DNA of 64,000 nucleotides from Bacteroidota bacterium (GTDB lineage Bacteria; Bacteroidota; Bacteroidia; Chitinophagales; UBA10324): NCBI GenBank assembly GCA_018267315.1, contig JAFDYS010000009.1, positions 110,786 to 174,785 of the forward strand, read 5' to 3'. Shown piece by piece: positions 28,683 to 37,915 of this stretch (position 1 is its first letter; each line of letters starts with the position of its first letter). The notes under the pieces were generated by a model. It saw only the letters and a program-made list of their open reading frames with translations, ran no database searches and was not told where the DNA came from. The position numbers and the translations under genes were made by a program.

Positions 28683-30584
28683 TTACGATCCGGATGATTC
28701 CGGCTTCGAATAGTAACTTATGATGGATTGCGCTTTGCTTTTGCCAACCACCGCGGCCAGTTCTTCTTCTGTTGCATTTCTCACCTTCTCCACCGAATGA
28801 AAATGCTGCAGAAGTTTCTCCGCCGATTTTTCAGAAATGCCTTTGATATCAATCAACTCCGTGCGGAGCGTTCCTTTATCTCTTTTCTTCCGGTGAAAAG
28901 TGATGGCGAAGCGATGCGCTTCATCCCTGATCTGCTGAATCAGCCGCAGCGACGGAGATTTTTTGTCAATGTAAAGCGGCAAAGCATCGTGAGGGAAATA
29001 AATCTCTTCGAGTTTTTTAGCAATTCCTGCGACAGCGACTTTGCCAAGCAATCCGAGCTTTTCCAAACTGTTCACCGCAGCGCTTAATTGTCCTTTGCCA
29101 CCGTCGATGATGATGAGTTGAGGCAAATCATTCGTCGTTGCGAGCCCGACATTTTTCATGCCGGGAGAAGCAATTTCCATTGACTCGTTTTCATTAGACT
29201 CAGGAGATTGCTTCGCTTCGCTCGCAATCACGGATTTGTGTCTGTAACGCCGGAATACAATTTCCTCCATCGACGCAAAGTCATTCGGACCTTCCACGGT
29301 TTTGATGTTGAAGTGGCGGTAATCTTTTTTCGACGGTTTGGCATTTTTGAAAACGACCATCGAAGCCACCGGATAGGCACCCTGGAAATTCGAGTTGTCA
29401 AAACATTCGATGTGCGTGGGCAATTCTGTCAATCGAAAATCTTTTTGCAGTTGCTGAAGGATTTTCTCCTCCCTGGAAGTGCGTTTGTTTACACCACTCA
29501 CAGCCTCGCGCGCGAGCAGGTAGTAATGAAGATTTTTTTCAGAGAGCTCAAGCAACTTTTTTTTATCACCGCGCTGCGGAACGGTTACCGTCACATTCTC
29601 ATCAGGAAAATCAATAGCGAACGGAACAATAATTTCGTTCGATTGGCTTAGTAACTCAGTCCGCAGTTCATTAATCACATACAGAAGCAATTCCTCTTTT
29701 TCCTCTTCAATCTTCTTATTGATCTCGACGGTTTTTGTCTGGACAGCCACGCCGTTCATGATGCGCATGCAGTTGACATAGGCGTTCTTCTCATCTTCCC
29801 TGAATGAAAACACATCCACGTTGGTGATTGTGGGGTGAACTACGAGTGATTTGCTTTGATACTCTTCGAGGTAATCGAGTTTCTTCTTTACCCACGCCGC
29901 ATCTTCAAAATGATAGTTCGCGGCAAGGTCATTCATCTGCTCTTTCATCCGCTGCACCACTTCATGCACATTGCCTTTCAGGATGTGGCGTATCTGCGAA
30001 ATGTTGCGGTCGTATTCCTCAATTGATTGTTTCGCCTCACAAGGACCTTTGCAGTTACCCAGGTGAAACTCAAGACAGATTTTGAATTTCTTCGCTTCAA
30101 TGTTCTTCTGCGTCAGATTCAGATTGCAGGTACGGAGCGGATACATCTTCTTCACATATTCCAGAATCTCGCGCACCCGTTTCACGCTCGTATAGGGCCC
30201 ATAATATTCCGAGCCGTCTTTCTCCGGCTTGCGTGTGAGAAACACTCTCGGAAATGGTTCCTTCTTGATGCATATCCACGGGAAGGTTTTATCATCCTTC
30301 AGATTCACATTGTACCGCGGCTGAAACCGTTTGATGAGCTGATTCTCCAGCAACAGCGCATCCTGTTCTGACTGCACCACCGTAAATTCAATGTGCTTCG
30401 AATGGCGCACCATTACCTGCGTACGGTATTGCGCATTGTTTTTTGTGAAATAGGAAGTGAGCCGTTTCTTCAGGTTCTTCGCCTTACCGACATAGATCGG
30501 CATGTCTTCATCGCCGATGAAACGGTACACGCCGGCTTCATCGGGAAGGGAAGAGGAAATTTTTTTGAAGTCGCCGAGCGTCAC
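28683..30584 (-). CDS. uvrC: Excinuclease ABC subunit C
   Basis: It has an N-terminal GIY-YIG domain ('GVYRFIGDEDMPIYVGKAKNLKKRLTSYF'), a UVR domain, a C-terminal endonuclease ('LIIIDGGKGQL') and (HhH)2. Confidence 0.9.
   Translation of the reverse strand: MTLGDFKKISSSLPDEAGVYRFIGDEDMPIYVGKAKNLKKRLTSYFTKNNAQYRTQVMVRHSKHIEFTVVQSEQDALLLENQLIKRFQPRYNVNLKDDKTFPWICIKKEPFPRVFLTRKPEKDGSEYYGPYTSVKRVREILEYVKKMYPLRTCNLNLTQKNIEAKKFKICLEFHLGNCKGPCEAKQSIEEYDRNISQIRHILKGNVHEVVQRMKEQMNDLAANYHFEDAAWVKKKLDYLEEYQSKSLVVHPTITNVDVFSFREDEKNAYVNCMRIMNGVAVQTKTVEINKKIEEEKEELLLYVINELRTELLSQSNEIIVPFAIDFPDENVTVTVPQRGDKKKLLELSEKNLHYYLLAREAVSGVNKRTSREEKILQQLQKDFRLTELPTHIECFDNSNFQGAYPVASMVVFKNAKPSKKDYRHFNIKTVEGPNDFASMEEIVFRRYRHKSVIASEAKQSPESNENESMEIASPGMKNVGLATTNDLPQLIIIDGGKGQLSAAVNSLEKLGLLGKVAVAGIAKKLEEIYFPHDALPLYIDKKSPSLRLIQQIRDEAHRFAITFHRKKRDKGTLRTELIDIKGISEKSAEKLLQHFHSVEKVRNATEEELAAVVGKSKAQSIISYYSKPESSGS
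29133..29233. repeat. REP-like palindromic element inside the uvrC coding sequence, read through in frame
   Basis: The termini 'cgtcgttgcgagc' and 'gctcgcaatcacg' pair at 11 of 13 positions. The inner arms are 'gagaagcaatttc' and 'gagattgcttcgc'. It shares 'attgcga', 'gaagcaatctc' and 'ctcgcaa.gacg' blocks with the element at 1017-1103. Confidence 0.55.
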
Positions 30585-30690
30585 TATGCAAACTTAATGG
30601 CAATCGCAGTCAATGAGAAGTCAAATTGAATAACTTTGATTGAATGGAAATGAGATTTGCCTTGTCAGGACAATCAATCCTGGACAGAAC

Positions 30691-31377
30691 ATGAGATTCT
30701 TCTTAAGCATCATTTTACTTTCACTGTCACTTGCAGTGACGGCTCAAAACGAAACCACCGACTGGGCCAACCTCGGGCGTTACAAATCAGCCAACATGAA
30801 ACTGAAACCACCGGCGAAAGGAGAACAGCGCGTTGTTTTCATGGGGAATTCCATTACCGAAAATTGGCCGAACGCTGACAGTTTTTTTCAGAAGCACACT
30901 AACTATATCAACAGGGGGATCAGTGGGCAAACCACGCCGCAGATGCTGTTACGCTTCCGGCAGGATGTAATACAACTCAATCCATCGGCGGTAGTGATTC
31001 TCGCCGGCATCAATGACATTGCGCAAAACACCGGCCCTATTACAGTGGAAGAAATTTTCGGCAACATCAAATCAATGGCCGAGCTGGCTCGTGCAAACAA
31101 TATCAGGGTGATCCTTTGCTCCGTGCTACCCGCTAACGTAATTCCGTGGCAGACAGAAATACAACCCGCCAATCAGGTGATTCAGTTGAATGCACTGCTG
31201 AAAAAATATTGTAATGAAACCAAGATAGTGTACGTTGATTACTATAGCAACCTGGTGGATGATCAGAAGGGATTGCCAATAAAATATTCTGAAGATGGCG
31301 TGCATCCCAATGCTGACTGTTATGAATTAATGGAGTTGCTTGTGCAGGAAGCGATCAGTAATACATTGAAGCACTAG
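30691..31377 (+). CDS. SGNH/GDSL-family hydrolase (secreted)
   Basis: It has a signal peptide 'MRFFLSIILLSLSLAVTAQ', block I 'VVFMGNSITENW', block III 'GINDI' and block V 'DGVHPN'. Confidence 0.7.
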   Translation: MRFFLSIILLSLSLAVTAQNETTDWANLGRYKSANMKLKPPAKGEQRVVFMGNSITENWPNADSFFQKHTNYINRGISGQTTPQMLLRFRQDVIQLNPSAVVILAGINDIAQNTGPITVEEIFGNIKSMAELARANNIRVILCSVLPANVIPWQTEIQPANQVIQLNALLKKYCNETKIVYVDYYSNLVDDQKGLPIKYSEDGVHPNADCYELMELLVQEAISNTLKH

Positions 31378-31422
31378 GTATTTCTTTCATCACATTTCTG
31401 ATTTCCTTTCCTTTGCAGCCGC

Positions 31423-32115
31423 ATGAAGAGCTGGCTGAAAACGATCTGGCGCTGGACCAAGCGCATCTTCATTTTCCTTATCATCTTTCATCTCGCCTAT
31501 CTTCTCTATTGCAAATGGTTTTTCCCTCCGGTCACCATTACCCAATTGCAAAGTCTCTTCACCGGTCATGGTTTGCACCGCGATTATGTGAACATGGATA
31601 AGATCAGCCCCAATGCGCGGCTGGCCGTAATTGCCGCCGAAGATCAATTGTTCCCTGATCATAACGGTTTCGATTGGGAAAGCATTGAGAAAGCGCAGAA
31701 GTGGAATGCGAAACATCCGAAGCGTATTCATGGCGCCAGCACCATCAGCCAGCAAACGGCGAAAAATATTTTCCTCTGGCAGGGAAGAACGTATTTCCGC
31801 AAAGGAATGGAAGTCTATTTCACGTTCATGATTGAATTGCTCTACAGCAAAGAGCGGATTCTCGAATTGTATCTCAACGTGATTGAAATGGGCGACGGCA
31901 TTTACGGAATTGAAAGTGCTTCACAACACTATTTCAACAAACCCGCAAAAAAATTAACGGCGAATGAAGCCGCGATGATCGCCGCTTCCCTTCCCAACCC
32001 GAAACGGTACACGGTAAAGCCGATGAGCCGCTGGGTGAGCCGCCGCTATCCGTGGATCGTGGGGCAAATGAACCACCTGCGGGGCGAAGAAGACATCGAA
32101 GCGCTGCTGAAATAA
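31423..32115 (+). CDS. mtgA: Monofunctional biosynthetic peptidoglycan transglycosylase
   Basis: It has a TM anchor plus GT51 motifs 'AAEDQLFPDHNGFD' and 'GASTISQQTAKN'. At 230 aa the size fits MtgA. Confidence 0.8.
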   Translation: MKSWLKTIWRWTKRIFIFLIIFHLAYLLYCKWFFPPVTITQLQSLFTGHGLHRDYVNMDKISPNARLAVIAAEDQLFPDHNGFDWESIEKAQKWNAKHPKRIHGASTISQQTAKNIFLWQGRTYFRKGMEVYFTFMIELLYSKERILELYLNVIEMGDGIYGIESASQHYFNKPAKKLTANEAAMIAASLPNPKRYTVKPMSRWVSRRYPWIVGQMNHLRGEEDIEALLK

Positions 32116-32215
32116 TTTTCAACGCAAATTCTTCGTTATTCCGCCTGTATCTTTTTTCACTTGCCGCGTTCTGTTAGTGTCTGACAATTTTCCGAAATTG
32201 CACCATCAAGCCCGC

Positions 32216-32905
32216 ATGAAGAACCGATTGCATTCATCCGTTTCGCTGTTCATTGCCCTTCTTTTCCTGTCGCCGCTGCTGTCATTCAACCACAGCGGCA
32301 GCCCCGAAGAATGGCAACTGCGGCGCGACAACAAAGGCGTGAAAGTGTATTCACGAAAATCGGCTGTGTCGAGCATTGACGAGTTGAAAGTGGAACTTAC
32401 GGTGCGCGGCTCCCTCTCGGCAGTAACGGCCGTGCTGATGGACGCCGCCAATTATCCCAACTGGGTTTACGGCTGCAGCGAAAGCAGAATTATCAGGCGA
32501 GTTTCTCCTACCGAACAATACCAGTACCAGCTTATGTCGGCGCCGTTTCCTTTTTCCGACCGCGATGTGATCAACCACTTTACCGTGCGGCAGGATGCGG
32601 TTACCGGCATTGTGTACACGGCCAGCATCGCCACGCCTGACATTCTTCCCGAATCAAAAGATGCTGTACGCCTGCCTTTTTTCGACGGACGGTATGAATT
32701 GAAACCCGTGGGAGCTGACCAGGTGGCGTTGACCTATACCCTTTCGCTCGATCCCGGAGGCAGCTTGCCTGACTGGCTCATCAACATGACCTTTGTGACC
32801 GGCCCGTATGAATCACTCAGCAAATTGCAAAGAGAGGTGGACCGCCCGCAATACAAAAATCTTCGCCTGCCGTTCATTCAGGAATGGAAAACAAGTAATG
32901 AGTGA
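32216..32905 (+). CDS. START/SRPBCC lipid-binding domain protein (exported)
   Basis: It has a signal-like N-terminus at the internal start 'MKNRLHSSVSLFIALLFLS', followed by the 'W.L....GVKVYSR...S...ELK' pattern typical of bacterial START domains. Confidence 0.5.
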   Translation: MKNRLHSSVSLFIALLFLSPLLSFNHSGSPEEWQLRRDNKGVKVYSRKSAVSSIDELKVELTVRGSLSAVTAVLMDAANYPNWVYGCSESRIIRRVSPTEQYQYQLMSAPFPFSDRDVINHFTVRQDAVTGIVYTASIATPDILPESKDAVRLPFFDGRYELKPVGADQVALTYTLSLDPGGSLPDWLINMTFVTGPYESLSKLQREVDRPQYKNLRLPFIQEWKTSNE

Positions 32906-32986
32906 CGCCCGTGACTTTCCTCATTCCAAACTGACAATCGACTTTCCGGATTAGCAGTTACCAATCTCTTGTTACTTTAGTTCCTG

Positions 32987-34306
32987 ATGGAGAGTCATCC
33001 GGTTCACGATTTGCTCGGGCAACTGAAGCAGCGCATTCACTTGCGGTTGCTTGATCATTTCTCAGCGGGAAAGGCAGATGCCGCTTTTTCTTATCAGCTT
33101 CATTCATCAACAGATCCGCTGAGTGACTTCATCCGCGAACAGGAATTGAATGAAGATGAAATCACCCTGTTGCTGCTTGCACTGGTGCCGCATGTCTATC
33201 CGAATTTTTTTGAGCCGCTCATACAGGAATTTCTTCCGCAGGGCGGTGAGTTTCCCGAATTCGGCGGGGTGCGAAGCGGCAATCACCGCGGACTTATACC
33301 CACCGGTGAAACCGCTCTTTTCATTTTGGCCGGAAATAAGATAGACGAACGGCTGATGTTTCAGCGCCTCTTCACCGAGCAGCATCTTTTCTCTAAACTG
33401 AATGTGCTGCATATCGAAGAGGTGAAAGAGGGCGAACCCGTTTTCAGCGGCCGCATTTTGCTTTCACATGAATGGCTCGAAAAATTTCTCACTGGCACGA
33501 CATCCAAGCCGCGGTTCAGCTATGATTTTCCGGCCAAGTTTATTGCAACCGGCATGACGTGGGACGACCTGGTGCTGCATCCGCAAACCCGCGAGCAGAT
33601 TGACACCATCAAAATCTGGCTCGAACATCATCAGGAGCTGATGAGTGATCCCCTTCTCTCTAAAAAACTCAAACCCGGTTACCGCGTACTTTTTTATGGA
33701 CCGCCGGGAACGGGAAAAACGCTCACCGCCACCCTGCTCGGCAATCAGTTCGGCAAAGATGTTTTCCGCATTGACCTGTCACAGGTGGTTTCGAAATACA
33801 TCGGTGAAACGGAAAAAAATCTGGAGAAGGTTTTTTCACGCGCCGAAAACAAAGACTGGATTCTTTTTTTTGATGAAGCGGATGCGCTCTTTGGTAAGCG
33901 CACTTCGGTGAGCAGCTCGCACGACCGGTATGCCAACCAGGAAATCTCTTACCTGCTGCAGCGCCTCGAAGATTTTCCGGGATTGCTGATTCTCGCTTCA
34001 AATTTTAAAAGCAACATTGATACGGCATTTCTGCGCCGCTTTCACCAGATGATTTTCTTCCCGATGCCTGCCGCAGAAGAGCGGCTCATGCTGTGGGAGA
34101 AAATGATTCCGCAAAAAATGAAACTCTCCAAAGATGTGAGTTTGCAGCAGCTCGCGCAGAAATATGAACTCACCGGAGCTTCTATCGTGAATGTGATGCA
34201 GCATGCCGCACTCAAAGCCATTCACCGCAAAGATTATATGCTGAAGACCGCCGACCTGCAGGAAGCCATTAGAAGGGAGTTTCAGAAAGAAGAGAAAACG
34301 GCGTAA
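32987..34306 (+). CDS. CIS-associated AAA+ ATPase (Afp15/Pvc15-like)
   Basis: Walker A 'FYGPPGTGKT' and Walker B 'ILFFDEADALF' are present, followed by a C-terminal AAA lid. It lies immediately upstream of the CIS structural genes. Confidence 0.75.
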   Translation: MESHPVHDLLGQLKQRIHLRLLDHFSAGKADAAFSYQLHSSTDPLSDFIREQELNEDEITLLLLALVPHVYPNFFEPLIQEFLPQGGEFPEFGGVRSGNHRGLIPTGETALFILAGNKIDERLMFQRLFTEQHLFSKLNVLHIEEVKEGEPVFSGRILLSHEWLEKFLTGTTSKPRFSYDFPAKFIATGMTWDDLVLHPQTREQIDTIKIWLEHHQELMSDPLLSKKLKPGYRVLFYGPPGTGKTLTATLLGNQFGKDVFRIDLSQVVSKYIGETEKNLEKVFSRAENKDWILFFDEADALFGKRTSVSSSHDRYANQEISYLLQRLEDFPGLLILASNFKSNIDTAFLRRFHQMIFFPMPAAEERLMLWEKMIPQKMKLSKDVSLQQLAQKYELTGASIVNVMQHAALKAIHRKDYMLKTADLQEAIRREFQKEEKTA

Positions 34307-34399
34307 CAAAGAGTGGCGAGGCACCCCTGCTTCTTCTTTACAAAAAGTTAATCAAAAAAAAGTTTAATCAAAAAGAGGCGATACCGAAAAAGGGTACAC

Positions 34400-34407
34400 T
34401 ATATTTG
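34400..34407 (+). promoter_or_regulatory. Candidate Bacteroidota -7 promoter box upstream of the CIS structural operon
   Basis: 'TATATTTG' matches the TAnnTTTG consensus 42 nt upstream of the DUF4255 ATG. No convincing -33 TTTG lies at canonical spacing. Confidence 0.3.
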
Positions 34408-34448
34408 TATAGCTGTTTATCTCAGTTCCTCTAACTCCGGCTTCCGTT

Positions 34449-35036
34449 ATGATCGATGTTGCCTTCAAATTCATCAGCTCGGAGTTGAACCAATACCTCA
34501 ACAACAAGCTCTCCCTTGATGTGGCTTCCAAAGACCCGGTGGTACTGGGCAACATTTCCAAGCTGAGCGAGGCCGCGGCGAACAATGATCTCGAAGAGAA
34601 AGTAATTCTCACCCTCGTGAACCTCGAAGAAGAACGTATTCTCCGGAATCCTGAGAAGTTTACACGCGTGGAAGACCGGCTCGAGCAACGCAACCCGAAA
34701 ATCTTTCTGAACCTCTACTGCCTCTTTGCCGTGAATAAAAGCAAATACAGTGAGGCACTCAAGTACCTGAGTTTTGTAATCCAGTTTTTTCAGCACCGCA
34801 GTGTTTTCAATCACATCACCGATCCGCTCCTCGACGATAAAATTGAAAAGCTCCTGCTTGAACTGTACACCATCAACTTCGAACAAACCAATCACCTGTG
34901 GGGAACCATGGGCGGCAAGTACTATCCTTCCGCACTGTACAAAATGCGGCTCATCACCATAGATGAATCATTTAAAGAAGCGGAAGGTGAAATGATAACC
35001 AGAGTGAGCATTGAAGGGAAGGGTGGATTGAATTAA
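34449..35036 (+). CDS. DUF4255 / Pvc16-Afp16-like tail terminator (cap) protein
   Basis: The N-terminus 'MIDVAFKFISSELNQYLN' and the 195-aa size fit the Pvc16 N-terminal (DUF4255) family. The CIS gene context supports this. Confidence 0.65.
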   Translation: MIDVAFKFISSELNQYLNNKLSLDVASKDPVVLGNISKLSEAAANNDLEEKVILTLVNLEEERILRNPEKFTRVEDRLEQRNPKIFLNLYCLFAVNKSKYSEALKYLSFVIQFFQHRSVFNHITDPLLDDKIEKLLLELYTINFEQTNHLWGTMGGKYYPSALYKMRLITIDESFKEAEGEMITRVSIEGKGGLN

Positions 35037-35126
35037 CAGCGCGACGGGCACCGCGCCATTTGTTTTACCGGTCAGAACACCAGACCTGCACTTTTTTACC
35101 AAAGGGGAACTAACGTAGGTGAATCA

Positions 35127-36326
35127 ATGAACCTCGTGTACAAATATCTCTTTACGGTGGAGTTGCTTCACCATTATTACCGCGATGGTAAGTGCCCCGA
35201 TTTTGAAATCGTTCCCACGGAGGATTGCCTGCAACAGCTGCGCGACTCGCATCTCATCTGGCGTTTCATCAACAATAAACTTTTTGTGGGGATTGAAATT
35301 GATCCGGCTGATGCAAAGGAATCAACACCGGCCTTGGCACTCGCTGACGGAATCGTGTTGCGGTTTTATCTCAAACTGAAGAATGCGGCATTCCTCAACT
35401 TTACCAATCTGCCCGCGGGTCAAAACAGAAATCAGTGCTACTACTTTTCCAATATCTCCGGCAACAAGCAGGCAAAAAATCTTTATCTCTCTTCGGCCGT
35501 TACTGCATTTGACAATGCGGTTTCCTATTCGCCCGGCGACCTTGTTCAAAGCGGAGCACAGTTGTTTGAATGCATCAGTCCTGCGAAAGGAAAAGCAACG
35601 TCGAACAGCAGTTTCTGGAAGAACATCGGCACCGACCGCGTGGTTACACAAAACGATTTGATCGCAGTCACCACTTCTTCGTTAAAAGCAAATGTGATTC
35701 CTCCTGCGAATGCAATCATTTCCAAAGTTTTTAAGCTGAATCGCGAAACAAATTTTTACGATGTGCCGGCACTTGATCCCGTGGTTTCCAATTTTGGAGA
35801 ACAGCAATCCGCCATTAACGTCAATCTCTTTTCATTGAAAGAGGGAAGTCAAAAACTTCTTAGTCCCGGTTGCTATCTCATTTCAGTTAACGACGTTCCC
35901 GCTGATGTTTATTTTGATACCCCTGCCGTTTCCTCCGGTGTTTTCGGGGTGATTGACATCTTTCATCACGCCAATGTTCCTTCAGATTTCAATTTGCTTG
36001 ATAACGGTGCGGTGAAAGAAATCAATTACAAAATTTGTTTTCACAACCGCTCCACGATCTGGAAATACATTTTAAAAAATGACAGCACACTGAAGGTCGC
36101 TGATAAAAGTGCAGCCATCAGTTTTTCAAAAGAAGCAACCGGTGTTGTCTTTCACTCCGATGTGCCCCTGGCATTGTCACAAACAGCCATTGACACGCTA
36201 CAGATCGTAGATGCATCGAACAATGTGGTGCTAAGCCCCGTGAAGAATGCAGCAGTAGACTACCTGAAAAAAATTACCATCAATAAAACTGAATTTTTCT
36301 GTTCTGAAATTTTTCTGAATTACTAA
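35127..36326 (+). CDS. Hypothetical CIS-locus protein (no recognisable family)
   Basis: 399-aa ORF with coding-like composition, between the cap and sheath genes. I recognised no motif. Confidence 0.35.
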   Translation: MNLVYKYLFTVELLHHYYRDGKCPDFEIVPTEDCLQQLRDSHLIWRFINNKLFVGIEIDPADAKESTPALALADGIVLRFYLKLKNAAFLNFTNLPAGQNRNQCYYFSNISGNKQAKNLYLSSAVTAFDNAVSYSPGDLVQSGAQLFECISPAKGKATSNSSFWKNIGTDRVVTQNDLIAVTTSSLKANVIPPANAIISKVFKLNRETNFYDVPALDPVVSNFGEQQSAINVNLFSLKEGSQKLLSPGCYLISVNDVPADVYFDTPAVSSGVFGVIDIFHHANVPSDFNLLDNGAVKEINYKICFHNRSTIWKYILKNDSTLKVADKSAAISFSKEATGVVFHSDVPLALSQTAIDTLQIVDASNNVVLSPVKNAAVDYLKKITINKTEFFCSEIFLNY

Positions 36327-36344
36327 CTCCAAAATCAAATTCAA

Positions 36345-37802
36345 ATGGCAACCGTGTACAAAACTCCCGGGGTTTATGTGGAAGAGATTTCCACCTTTCC
36401 TCCCAGTGTGGCTCAAGTGGAAACAGCCGTTCCCGCTTTTATCGGCTACACCCAAAAAGCCGAGAAGAACGGCGAAGATCTCACGCTTAAACCGCTCCGC
36501 ATTTCCTCCATGCTTGAGTACCGAAAGTATTTCGGTGATCCGCAACTCGAGGAAAGCATTGAGGTGAGCATTCATGAAACCGTGAAAGGCGGCCATGTGA
36601 TTGACTCTTCGGTCACCGCTGATTTTTCCGATCCGAAGAAAAAATCAAAGCACAACATGAACTACGCACTCGAGCTGTTTTACGACAACCAGGGCGGACC
36701 CTGCTACATTGTTTCCGTTGGTGCCTATAAGGCCAACATCGGTGATCCGCTCGATGATGCGGAACTGAAAAAAGGACTCGATGCGCTGGAGAAAGCGGAT
36801 GAACCCACGCTGATCGTTTTTCCGGAAGCCATGCACCTTGCCACCGCGAAAGCATGCTACGACCTGATGAATGCATCTCTTGCCCAGTGTTCAAAATTGC
36901 AGGACCGGTTTGCCGTCATTGATGTGTATCCTGATGCCAACAACGACCGGCAGAAAGCGATTGATGAGTTGCGTAACCGCATTTCATCTGACATCGACCT
37001 GGCAAAGTATGGCGCCGTGTATTATCCCAATCTCATGACCAACGTTTCCTTTGAGTATGATGAGAACAATGTGTCTATAGAACACAAGGTGACACAAATC
37101 GCCGATGACGGATCAGAAACGGAAACCGACGGAACTGCCAACGGAAAAAAACTCGCCGAACTCGAAGCGACGCTTAATTCCTACTATGCTGCTTCGAAAG
37201 GAGCGATCAACAACCTGGACTATGAAATGCCACCCTCACCTGCAATGGTGGGATTGTATGCATATGTTGACCGCACGCGCGGGGTGTGGAAGGCACCGGC
37301 CAACGTTTCGCTGCAAACGGTGAACGACCTCACCGATCAGCTCACGAATGAGGATCAGGAAAACCTGAACGTGGATGCCGTGAGCGGAAAATCGGTGAAC
37401 GTGATCCGCTTCTTCACCGGCAAAGGAATTCTGGTGTGGGGCGCACGCACGCTGGCAGGCAATGACAATGAGTGGCGTTACGTTTCCGTCCGCCGCTTCT
37501 TCAACATGGTGGAAGAATCGTGCAAGAAGGCCACGGCACAATTTGTTTTCGAACCGAATGATGCCAATACCTGGACGAAAGTGCGTGCGATGATCGAAAA
37601 CTTTTTGACCGTGCTGTGGAGACAAGGCGCGCTCGCCGGAGCAAAACCGGAACAGGCCTTTTTCGTGAAATGCGGTTTAGGTCAAACCATGACGGCGCTC
37701 GACATACTTGAAGGAAGAATGATTGTCGAAATCGGAATGGCCGCCGTTCGTCCCGCTGAGTTCATCATCCTCCGCTTCTCACATAAGATGCAGGAGAGCT
37801 AA
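36345..37802 (+). CDS. Contractile tail sheath protein (Afp2-4/Pvc2-4-like)
   Basis: The N-terminus 'YKTPGVYVEEISTFPPSV...VPAFIGYT' is canonical. The C-terminal domain 'GVWKAPANV', 'VNVIRFF.GKGILVWGARTL' and 'WRYVSVRR' matches the phage sheath family. Confidence 0.88.
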   Translation: MATVYKTPGVYVEEISTFPPSVAQVETAVPAFIGYTQKAEKNGEDLTLKPLRISSMLEYRKYFGDPQLEESIEVSIHETVKGGHVIDSSVTADFSDPKKKSKHNMNYALELFYDNQGGPCYIVSVGAYKANIGDPLDDAELKKGLDALEKADEPTLIVFPEAMHLATAKACYDLMNASLAQCSKLQDRFAVIDVYPDANNDRQKAIDELRNRISSDIDLAKYGAVYYPNLMTNVSFEYDENNVSIEHKVTQIADDGSETETDGTANGKKLAELEATLNSYYAASKGAINNLDYEMPPSPAMVGLYAYVDRTRGVWKAPANVSLQTVNDLTDQLTNEDQENLNVDAVSGKSVNVIRFFTGKGILVWGARTLAGNDNEWRYVSVRRFFNMVEESCKKATAQFVFEPNDANTWTKVRAMIENFLTVLWRQGALAGAKPEQAFFVKCGLGQTMTALDILEGRMIVEIGMAAVRPAEFIILRFSHKMQES

Positions 37803-37915
37803 TTGCAGATTTCGGATTGTCAATTGCGAATTGATCATTGACGATTCACGATTGACGCTTCACGACTCACACTATAACATCAAACATCAAACATCAAACT
37901 TTAAACTTTCAAAAA
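37803..37915. repeat. Low-complexity spacer of degenerate short repeats between the sheath and tube genes
   Basis: 'caattgcgaattgatcattgacgattcacgattgacgcttcacgactcac' is followed by 'catcaaacatcaaacatcaaactttaaacttt'. Confidence 0.5.

Noticed and set aside
28680-28685. Convergent stop codons of the 1039-aa T9SS protein gene and uvrC abut with a 0-nt gap and no terminator
   Set aside because: This is compact gene packing that is common in bacterial genomes, and the sequence alone supports no functional inference.
35037-35126. Weak hairpin 'gcgcg acgggcac cgcgc' followed by 'catttgtttt' between the DUF4255 gene and the 399-aa ORF, as a possible terminator
   Set aside because: The stem is only 5 bp and it sits inside an otherwise continuous operon, which is not enough support.
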